Part shown: positions 22,665 to 32,650 of the stretch, piece by piece | Layout: each line of letters begins with the position of its first letter | Numbering within the stretch: position 1 is the first letter of the stretch | DNA from: Jimgerdemannia flammicorona | Taxonomy: Eukaryota | Assembly: GCA_003990765.1 (NCBI GenBank) | Contig: RBNJ01000340.1 | Coordinates: forward strand, 1 to 32,650 | DNA length: 32,650 bases | Direction of reading: 5' to 3' | Translations under genes and position numbers: made by a program | The notes under the pieces: model-generated | Told to the model about the DNA's origin: nothing | The model's input: the letters and a program-made list of their open reading frames with translations, nothing else | Databases searched by the model: none

Positions 22665-23126
22665 CTATTCAAACTCCCAGGCTTCAATGGTCTGTATGAT
22701 CTTGTATTGTATGATTTGTTACATTACTGTTTCCCAATGGTGTCATCTGACTCAGTCAAAGTCTGAGAGAGTCACTTCTTACAGATAGACTAGTGCTGGT
22801 TCATCCTCTCAGAATAGCTTGTAGATTCTCTTAACAATAGTGATCTGGGAATAGGAGAGCTAGCATTCTGCAATCCAATTTTCTTTGGTCATTTCTGGGT
22901 ATTGGTTGAGTACTTGGCCAAGTTTGAAGTACTCTTGAAATTCATTTCAATACTGATAGGCCTTAAAGTGTGAGATTTGAGAGAGATGAGTCTGTATAAT
23001 GCTTTGGATACTATTATAAGACTCCTCTATGGTCAGAGGTTCAGTGGTATACCATTGTCTCTCAATGGCTCTTTGGGCAGCACTAGTGATCTTGAGTACC
23101 ATTACAGTACTTTTGTTACTGGCCAT
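22665..23126 (-). pseudogene. Accessory ORF (153 aa) between integrase and the 3' LTR, function unknown
   Basis: 462-nt indel-free frame MASNKSTVMVLKITSAAQRAIERQW...EYFKLGQVLNQYP...VKRIYKLF*EDEPALVYL*EVTLSDFD...WEFE; its 7 internal stops can all revert by single transitions. Confidence 0.7.
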
Positions 23127-26100
23127 GATATTTCTTAAATCAGTTTCAGTAAATGGTAGTGGAGATTATTGTACCTGAGGGTTTTCATAGCCAAAAGGTG
23201 GTTTCTTTTATATCTTGCACAAGGTAAGGTTCTTCCCACTTGGCTCCAGTTTTCATGACCAAGAAGCTTCTACCATATTCTAGTATACCAGAACTTCATC
23301 TCCTATCTTAATAATCTCTAGGAGTTTGTGGGTCTTTTCCACATTCCTCTGTTATAATATCTATACCTTGGTTATGTAATTCTCAGCCTTCTTTCTGATT
23401 TGGTGTAGTCTCTGTATTTTCATGTCCACATGTTTCCATACAGTATCTCCATTGGATGATAGGGTTCTCTGAGAACATTTTTCTTTAAACAGTATTTCTC
23501 AAGAGATAAAGTGGGTACTTTGTAATTAGATATCCTGGAGAGCAGATAATGCTATTAGCAGATAGTGATCTCAATTTTCATAGTTATCACAGATCTTGGC
23601 AATAAAATTCTTGAGGGTCTTATTGGTCCTTTCTGCTTGTCTATTTTCTTGGGGGTGATAGGCTGTGGTCCGAATGCACTGGATCTTGTACTTCTTATAG
23701 AGAACCTCAAAGAGCTGGTTTATGAATTCTATTCCTCTATCTGTAGTTACTTATATTGAGGTCTTGAACTGGCAGATGATTTTCTTGTGAAAGAAATCAG
23801 CAATTGACTGTGCATTGGCTTCCATAAGAGATCCTGCTTCTATCTATTTTGTAAAAAGGTCTATGATGACAATGATGTATTGGTTGCCAGTCAAAGTCAA
23901 GGGTAGAGGACCGATTACATCCATTGCAATGTGGGTGAATGGTACTGGTTCTATGTGTGCTGATCCTGGAGCTTGATTTCATTGGTCTTGTTTCTGTTTC
24001 TAGTATTTAATATAGGTTTTAATGAATTTTCTGATATCTTCCTCCATCTCTGACCACTATATTGTTCTTCTTGTCTTGTTATATGTATTTGTTCCTCCTA
24101 GATGACCAAGTTCATGTACTGATTTCATTGCTTGCTCCTTCTTGTGTTCTGGTATAACTAGTAGTTTTCCTTTCTTCAGTGTTTCTCCATCAGTTTCAAA
24201 TTGTTTCTATGTTCTATTGATAATCATTTGTATCCATTCTTCCAAATGTTGGGGCATCTTTTGCTGTCCCAGATATATGATAATTCCATAGTAGAGCTCC
24301 TTATTTATGATTGATTTGTTGGTTAGAAGTAGTTCAGGGTGTCTGTGAGAGGGCATCTGCATTGACATTGGTTCTTCCAGAGTAGTGTATAATGGTTATA
24401 TCATAAGCTTGCAACTTCATTATCCATCTGGCATAGATTCCTTTGGGTTGTCCAGTTGTTAGTAGCTAGGTGAGAGCTGAGTGGTCTATTTGGATGGTGA
24501 AGTATCTTCCAGCCAAGTAGTAGTGGAACTTTTCTATGGCCCAGATGACTGCAAGGCATTCTAACTTATAGGATTCATATTCTTTTTCAGCTCCTCAGGT
24601 TCTACAGCTGAGGTATGCAATGACATACTCCACTTTATCTTTCTTTTGAGCTAGGACTGCTCTTAGTCCTTATGCACTTGTATCAGTCTGTAGGATGAAT
24701 TCTTGAGTCCAGTCAGGTCTTCTGAGGATGGGTGCCTGGGTCAGTCTGACCTTGAGTTCATCAAATGCTTTTTGTTGTCTGCCAGTCTACTAGAACTTAG
24801 TATCCTTCTTGTTAAGTTCGTAGATTGATTCTATAATATTAGAAAATTCTCTAATAAATCTGCAATAATAGGAGGTAAGTCCCATGAAGGCTTGAGCTTC
24901 TGTAATAGTGGTGGGTCTTGGGTATGCTGCCACTGCTTATATCTTGAGGGGGTCCATGTGTGTTCCATCTCAGTTGATGATATAGCTGAGATAGGAGATC
25001 TCAATTTTTGCAAATTTGCATTTTTTGGGCTTGATGTATAGACCATGCTTTCTCAGTCTTTCCATTATCTGCTGGATATACTGCAGGTGTTCTTCTGGTG
25101 TCTGGCTGTAGATAATTACATCATCAACATAGACCATCATCTATCTTCCTATGTTATAGTGGAAGATTTTGTTTATCATTCGCTGGAAACTTGCTGGTGC
25201 ATTGCACATTCCAAATGGCTTTCATAGATAGATGTAGGTTCCATCTGGGGTGATGAAAGCTGACTTTTCACTTGCCATGTCTGTGAGTCCGATTTGGTGG
25301 AATCCTGAGTATAAGTCCAAAGTGCTATAGTACTGTACTTTGTCTCTCAGTGTTATGAGGATGTCATTGATGAGGGGCAGTGGTTGGCAATCCTTTTTGG
25401 TAACCATGTTGAGCTTTCTGTAGTCAATACAGAGTCTTGGGGCAAATTCTCCAGACTTGCTGCCCTTTTTCGGGGCTAGTACAACAGGTGAGGACCAGGG
25501 GCTGCTGGCTTCTTTAATGATGCCAGCTTCTTCCATCTGCTTGATTTCTTCTCTGAGCCATTCTCAGTAGGCTGGCAGGACAGGTCTTGCCTTCTGATAA
25601 ATTGGTTCAGTATTTCCAGTATCTACTTCATGATAGTAGTGTGGGGTCTTTCCTTTGATATCCTTGAAATCTGTGGCAAGGATATCTTCGAATTCATGGA
25701 GTATTTTCTTGAGTTCTTTCTTGAGTGGAAATTTGTTTCTGATGGTGTAGCTGTGCTTGCTTGTGTTTTCCTCCTTCTTATGCTCAAGTTCAGTGATCTT
25801 GGTGCTAGTAAATACTCCTCTTTCTGTAGATCCAAATCCTTTCTTTCCTCTTTTCGTTTCCTCCAGCTTCTTAACTTCTATGATCTTTGGTTGTAGGATC
25901 GGAAAGATCAACATTTGCACCAATCAGTCCTTCTTCTTGACTGGAAATGGGATTGTAGGATTGTGATTCCTAGCAATGAGTAGAATTTCTCCAGGATAGT
26001 CTGAATCGATGACTCCTCCTTCGATTGTGATTTCGCTTCTAGCCAGGCTGCTTCTTGTCTTGAGAATCCTGATATGATCCTTTAGAATGGTCATCTCCAG

Positions 26101-28293
26101 TCCAGTTACAAGTAGGGTAGTTGTCTGGGGTTCCAGTATGGTCTCTTCTACTGTAGCGATATCCATTCCAGCTGTATTTTCTGACTTGTATTCTGACAAG
26201 ACTGCATCAGGGTAGATCTTTCAAATCTTGACCTTGATTTCTTTTTCATCATCACTATCCTCCAGGAGGGCTGGTGGTTCATCATCTTCCTCCTTCTCTT
26301 CTTCCCTGATCTGTTTTTTGAGAGCTTTCTGCCTTCTTTCCTGGTAGATCTTCTTGATTCCAATGGTATACTGGTAGCAATCATTGACATGCTCCATATA
26401 GTACATCTTGATTCCATAAGAACAGACTTCTTGTGGGGCATAACCTTCTGTAATCTTCTTGCACTATTCTTCTTTACTTATCTATCCAACTTTCTTCTTC
26501 TTTGGAGTAGTCACCATATAAGCTTCCTCTTGCTTGCTCTCTTCTTTCTCCATGTTGGGCAGGACTCCTTTGTTGACATTGATGGGAATTTGTATCTTCT
26601 GTCCCCAGTAGGTGATCTGTATCTTCTGGGCATTGAGATCGATTACTGCCTTGGCTTTGTGAAGCTATTGATTGCCAATAAGGATGTCATAGTTAGTGGC
26701 ATTAGTTATAATTACATCTACTGAGATGGTTGCTCCTCCAATCTTGATAGGAACATCTCAGATCTTTTCCAGAGATGTGGCTCTTATGCTATCAGCTGTG
26801 ACAAATACCAGCTTAGTTGCTTCTTCTACATCCCAACCTAGGCAGTCTGCTACCTTCTTGCTGAGAAGACATCCTCCTGCTCCTATATCAATGATGGCTT
26901 CAAAGATTCTATCTTCGATTTGGTATGTTGCATAAGCAGAGGTTTTGCGATTATCCTCACTTTCTTCTCTTAAGTCCTCTTGAACATTATTGGCCTTAGT
27001 TATCTTCCATCCTTATTCCTTAGTTATTTTGGCAAGTCCAAACCTCATTTGCTGTCTGAATGTTGGGATTTTTGTAAGCTGACCAAAGGTTGCATTGACC
27101 TTTTGTTGACTGAGGTCCTTGAAGATATCATACTTAAAGGTCTTGGTCTTGCAAAGCTTCTTTTCTTTTTCTCCTTCACTGGCTGGAGTGGCTTCTCAGA
27201 TGATATCTTGAACTGCTTGCTCTAGCTCCATATCTTGGTCCATCCCTTTGGCTTAGCTTTCTGTGACAGTTTCCATCCACTTTTCCACTGGGTTCTTCTT
27301 GGGTCTTCCTGGTGGTCTCTTGTAGGGTTCTTTGTGAACATCCTTTTTGGTAGTCTGAGCAGGATAGACCTCCCATTCCTCTTCATCGGATTCTCCAATT
27401 TCTTCAAAGGTGATTGTGTTGGCCTGTTTCTTATTTCTAGTAGCATTGCTTGATTGAGCCTTGTGCTTGGTTTTACTCATGTATTTATAGGAGTAGTGGC
27501 CTTCTTCTCTACAAGTATAGCAGGTGCCTTTCTTCTTGTCTGAGGTAGTGGCAAACTTCTGGACAGGGCAGCAGTCTCTTTCTCTGATCTCCTTTACTAC
27601 ATCCCCCAAGTGGGCAGTCATTTCCACGAATCTCTTGGTAAGTTCCTCCAAAGGGTCACTGTTCTTTTGCTACTCTGTAGCTTTGGGCTGAGGTGTGTTT
27701 CAATTGATCATTGTGGTGGGGATCACACTGGTTGACTTAGGTGCCTTGATTCTGACTCCTGTGACTCTCTCCATTGTATGGTCTTGTGGATGTCTGGCTA
27801 TCTAGTATCGCTGAGCATAGGTGACCTTTTGTGGCAGATCCAGAATCACTGGTGATGAGCAAATGGCCATGGCTATTTCTGGATGGACTCCTTTCATGAA
27901 GGTTGCTTCAGCTACTTGATCTTGGATAGTAGTAGCATAATCTGCAAGGATTATCTGATATCGAATTCTGGTATAGAATGTGTTTAGATCCTTGCTCATT
28001 TCTTGGCATATTGTATTGAGCTGATCCTTCAGAGCTTGCTTGATCTCATCTGTATAATATATATTTCAGAGCCAGGTCTTCTGTACTGTCAGTATAGTAT
28101 TGGCATTATTTCCTGCATAGGTTGCAGCTATAAATGCTGCTCTGGCAGGACCTTGTAGGCTGAAGGGCACAAGGGCTACTTGCTGTACTGCTGTTAGGGT
28201 CCTTACAGTGGCATACTGCTCGAAATCATCAATGAAGGTGATGATTGATTCATCTGAGGTATATCTATGGAATACTGGTGGTCTCATATCCAT
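23116..28293 (-). pseudogene. gag-pol polyprotein (single frame through RT), with many premature stops
   Basis: Gag with CYTCREEGH knuckle; protease AIIDIGAGG; RT SPWSSPVVL, RLCIDYRKLN, PFGMCNAP, YVDD (25120-25131); RNase H FILQTD, LECLAVIWA; integrase HELGH, IAMDVIGPLP, YHPQ, KWE.PY. Confidence 0.93.
25825..26240 (-). pseudogene. dUTPase domain embedded in pol
   Basis: All five trimeric dUTPase motifs: AGMDI, RSS, GVIDSDYPGEI, LVQM, RGKKGFGST. Confidence 0.93.
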
Positions 28294-28407
28294 CTTGTCT
28301 GGGTATTGGGGCTCAGTTTGTATGGTTGTTTGGATAGTGGCAGTTGTTTATTATTCAGCTTGAAAGTGAGGGATTTGTCTTGAATCACTAGTCAATGGAT
28401 ATCAAGT

Positions 28408-28874
28408 TGTAACATAGTGGATGCTTACTCTTGAAAGTATGTCAAATTTCTATATCTTGAAAACTTGACTGTTCTGACTCTTGCAGAGTCTCTTGAAGTT
28501 ACAGGGGAGGGTGGGTGAGTTTGAAGTATATCTGCCTATAGGCTTATTAGTTCCTTTGCTATCTCTTTACTTTAAACTATTTTGATCTGAGGTTTATTCA
28601 CTCGAAGATACTGGGTTATTTATATAAGTTTGCTAGCTATGAGATGGTTACTGGATTACATAGCTAAGTTATGAGTCATTTAATACTTTGCGAAATATTT
28701 CACTAGTTATGAAATGCTATACTATATCAAGAAGCTTAATCTTGCACTTTGCGAAATATTTAGCAAATGGCGAAATTGGGGACTGCTAACTATGTGGCTA
28801 TACTACTTTGAGACTGAGTGTGATCAAGTATCTATTACCTATTTCCTTCTTTTGAATCTGGCTATACTGTCACA
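28408..28874 (-). repeat. 5' LTR
   Basis: tgtaacatag...tactgtcaca; followed on the minus strand by a degenerate PBS-like tgatatcc... Confidence 0.95.
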
Positions 28875-29160
28875 ATATATAATAAATAAAACTTATTATA
28901 TATAAAATATTATAAGATTACTACTAAGTAATTTTAGATATTTAAATAATTATCTAAAAATAAATAGAGTTCTTTTAATTTCTTTTATTAATAATTATAT
29001 ATCTATATTATAAAAATTAATAAATAAATTAGACAAAGTTATTAGATATATAATATTATTTAGTAATTATATTATTTTATTAATAATATCAAATAGAATT
29101 AGTTATTATTAGATATATATAATATTACTTTTTTAAGTTGAGTAACTTTATATAATATTT

Positions 29161-31030
29161 ATAACAGTTTATTATATAGTAATAAAGTAATTAAAAATTT
29201 CAACAGAATTTCCAATAGAGTGGTTATTTTTTTTTTTTTAAAAGTTACTTAAACTCTCTTATTTATTACCAAACTAATATATACTAACTATAATATACAA
29301 ATGTCCTACCTCTACTCAATCTCTCTGAGGGGTCTACCTTCTATTCTTTTATAATTAAAAAAAACTACTTCTCTGATAGTCTAAATTCTCTTCTTATTCT
29401 TTGTATATATTCTTTTTATCAAATCTTAGTAAAGACTCCCCATAGGTCTCCATCTATCTATTATCTATTCAACAATTCTAATAATAGCTACTCTCACCTC
29501 ACTACTCTAATTTCTAATAATAATCTCTATCTATTCTTAAAGATACATATATAGTTAATATTCAGATAGTCTAATCTAAACAACAAGAACCTACTCTACT
29601 AAAAGTCATTTATTCTCAGTCTCTTTCACTAGATATAACTAAAGGACATCTCATCTTTCTTCTTTTATCTCTATAGGTCACATCTCTAGTTAGCTCTCAA
29701 TTATTAACTAAAAATCTGATAATACCTCATACTTACTCAGCTAATGTTCTGGAGTCTATACTACTTTACTCTTCTATCTCACATTGAAGCACTCTTTATA
29801 GTCAACAACTCTCTATCAACCAAATATCTCAATCTAAAGTTCAGTATTATATTCTACTATAGTAGCTATTATTATACTACTTAGAATCTAATAAAGTAAT
29901 TATAGATATATTTATATATAGTATAACTATATATAGATATATCTAGTACATCATATTTAGCTATAGCCCCAAATCTATATAAATACTCTCTGTACTGAAT
30001 ATGTTATAACCTTAGTCAGAAAGTAGAAAAAAAGTAAAAGTCAATTATCTGATATACTTAAAAAAAGAATATTTATTAAGAGTCACTTAATTTATAGAAA
30101 ATTATAATACTTAGGAGAAACACCTGTCAAGAACTACTGCTAGAAGTTATAAGCTTTATTTCTTTCTACTTTGGTTCACTTTTTAATATAAAGAAAAAGT
30201 CTACTAATTTGGTTTACTTACTAGATTAAGCCAGAAATCTGTTATATTTTAGTCTATTTCTCAGATAAGACCAAAAAACTTAAGAATTTACTTTTTAGAT
30301 AAAGTTAAATAAACTCAAGAATTTGTTCTCTAGATGAAGCTAGACAAATTAGAAAATCTGCTTTATTATAATTTAATAGTAGTAGAAAGTTACTTCTATC
30401 TATAAGCAATCTCTTCTCAAGAAGTCTAGAGTATAGATAATCTTTAGAAGAACTTGAATTATTCAATCTTGGTCTACTTTCTAAATAAAGTCTGAAAATT
30501 TTATCATCTATACTTTTCAAGAAGTCTGTCCAACTTAGACAATTCAAATTCTGAAGAATTACTATTATCTACCTGACTTGAATAATTCAAATTCTGAAGA
30601 ATTACTATTATCTATCAAACTTATCATATTATGTAAAATCTATATTCAATAATTTATACTATCTAAAGAAATCCATATCATCTAAAGAAATCTATACTAT
30701 TTAAGAATTCTGCTAAATCTGTATCAAATTAAAAATCTGTTAAATTATTCATATTATATAAATAAAAGAACCTATATCTATTTTTTTTAAAAGAAACTAC
30801 AGAATATTTTATTACTTTTTATTAAAAAAAAGAAAAATATAATAGTTTATTATATAGCAATAAAGTGACTGAAAATTTTAATAGAATTTTTAATAAAGTA
30901 GTTAAAAATATATATTATATATAGTATAACTATATATAGATACATATACCCAGTATATTATATTTAGCTATAGTCTCAAAGCTATATAAATACTCTCTAT
31001 ACTGAGTATATTGTAACCTTAGTCTGAAAG
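29161..31030. repeat. Split direct repeats A1 (29161-29226), B1 (29912-30023), A2 (30839-30905), B2 (30915-31030) in a decayed element
   Basis: A = ataa.agtttattatatag.aataaagt.a.t.aaaattt.aa.agaattt..aata.agt.gtta; B = tatatatagtataactatatatagata...aaatactctct.tactga.tat...taaccttagtc.gaaag. Confidence 0.75.
30541..30610. repeat. 43-bp-period tandem duplication
   Basis: aattcaaattctgaagaattactatta at 30541 and 30584. Confidence 0.8.
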
Positions 31031-31619
31031 CTAAAGAAAGACTTAAAGCTCTGCTTTTTAATATAAGAATAAAGCAGTATTCTTATTTAGAACTCTCAGA
31101 TCCAACTTGTTAACAATTCTAAGTCTAATTAACTTGAAATACAAATATAGTATCTTTACTAATATAAGAATCTAAAAGTGATACTTAGACTATACTGCTA
31201 TAATAGATAATTGAAACTTAGTACTTCCTAGAACTTAGAGCTAATAGTTATCTTGATTATTCACAATATATTAATTCTATCAGTATATAGTTTTATTACA
31301 ATATATATAATTATTAATAAAGTAATAAAATATCTCTTATTAGAGTATAAAGATATATATATATGAGTTCAAGAATACTAAAGACTTATTTTATATTATA
31401 TTAATTTACATATACTTATTATATAGTTAATACAGAAGTTATAATTTTTACCAGTAGACCTTTAACTAAGTTATTTATTATTATCTAGTATAAAATTATT
31501 AAGCTTATATATATATATCTTATTCTGTAATATAGATAAATTTGATTGTAAAAATAAAATTATAAAGAATTATTTACATTTGTTTTTATAAATAAAACAT
31601 TCTTAATACTGGTCTGAAC

Positions 31620-32650
31620 AGTTATCCCTCTGGTCAGACTTATAACTTTCTTTTTATAGATCTGGTAGTATATCAATTATCTTATTATCTGATTATGAAG
31701 AGGAACGAACAAATACAAAATTGTTACCAATAAAGATTAACCAAGAATTGAATATATTCAGTCTCAGCAAAGTCATATTCTGTTTTAGAGATCTGGTTTT
31801 AGTATGGGTTTTTTAGATACTGATGCCATATTCTAAGGATGAACAGGGGAATAAGCAAATATGCCCAGATTATAGATCAAGATCCATCACGCAGACAAAA
31901 ATGATGGTTCCCACAGTCCTTAAATACTGTTAAAATTCAGTTCCGTCATAGTTGCGTTCCTCTTTGGAGACTCGGTTAAGGCTCTGGCTGCCTCAGCGTC
32001 GAATTGTGGGCTGGGCTGAACCCTATCATGCAGCTGCAATAAATGGATCGCACATTTCTTACATATACTCAAGATTTAACTTGGCCAAGGCAATGACCCT
32101 CGTCAGCGATCTTGGCCGCGCTGACTCTTAAAAGTATGTCGGAACTGTGAACAGCATTGTGTGCAGCTGCGTAATGATATCAAGCTTATGCACTGTTTGG
32201 TTGTTTATCCCCTATTTATCTCCGGGGATCAACTTGGCCGCCGACGAGACCGAAGCCCTTATCGAATCGCGTTCTACCTCAGAGATATAGTTAGAGGCCG
32301 TGCCTCCTTAACACCGATTCCGTTGTCAAAATGCGAAAAAAGCATGAATGGATCGTGAGCTTGGCTTCATCACGCAGCCGTTCACCGTGCATTATATAGT
32401 TCTGAAATACATTTGAAATTGAGGTCGTATTCTGCTTCAGAGACTCGGCTATGGCAATGTGGTTGTCTGAACATGAAGAGATAAGCAACCACACAATATG
32501 CTTGATTACATTATATAACTGCACACAATGCTTCACACAGTTCCGGCATACCTTAAAGACCCGAACACTGCAGAATTCTAAGCACTCACAGAGCGATTTC
32601 ATTGCAGCAAGGTGCAATGAGTGTGGGCTTGGGCAGGACCTCGGGGGGGG
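31620..32650 (-). pseudogene. RI-like leucine-rich-repeat (NLRC3-like) protein pseudogene, probably continuing past the window edge
   Basis: AMKSLCECL, AIAESLKQNTTSI, AEAARALTESPKRNATMTELNF, SLKQNMTLLRLNI; fragmented frames separated by intron-like spacers. Confidence 0.6.

Larger units (their letters stand above)
22161..28874 (-). mobile_element. Full-length Ty3/Gypsy LTR retrotransposon (6714 bp) with dUTPase and an accessory 3' ORF, inactivated by transitions
   Basis: Two 467-bp TG...CA LTRs, atat(at) target duplication, short PPT aggaggaag, domain order gag-PR-dUTPase-RT-RNaseH-IN. Confidence 0.96.

Noticed and set aside
28381..28407. Assigning a specific primer tRNA to the PBS
   Set aside because: The site is mutated (tgatatcc...) and cannot be matched reliably by eye.

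Overview
Eukaryotic, intron-rich fungal genomic DNA. The gene families and intron style suggest an early-diverging fungus, possibly Mucoromycota; this taxon call is inference only. The window has a two-compartment layout. A GC-balanced gene island (~2165-19300) carries intact genes for an atypical SDR, an intronless RFC small subunit (Rfc3/RFC5), RPA43, STE24 and an Igo1/endosulfine, plus a possibly disrupted LaeA-like methyltransferase and several pseudogenes (BTB-SPRY, MFS fragment, P-loop/Crinkler-like). It is flanked by extremely AT-rich, CpG-depleted blocks of nested transposon relics: a hAT-type MITE with an 8-bp TSD and a second copy, a Mutator-like relic, an LTR remnant and split direct repeats. 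A full-length Ty3/Gypsy element lies at 22161-28874 (minus strand, 467-bp LTRs). It has a single gag-pol frame with a five-motif dUTPase between protease and RT, and an unannotated 153-aa accessory ORF at the env position that overlaps the pol stop. Its two LTRs differ at about 43 sites by manual count, about 42 of them transitions with no indels. This points to a RIP-like or methylation-driven C-to-T hypermutation process, which also appears to leak into neighbouring TPR and LRR genes.
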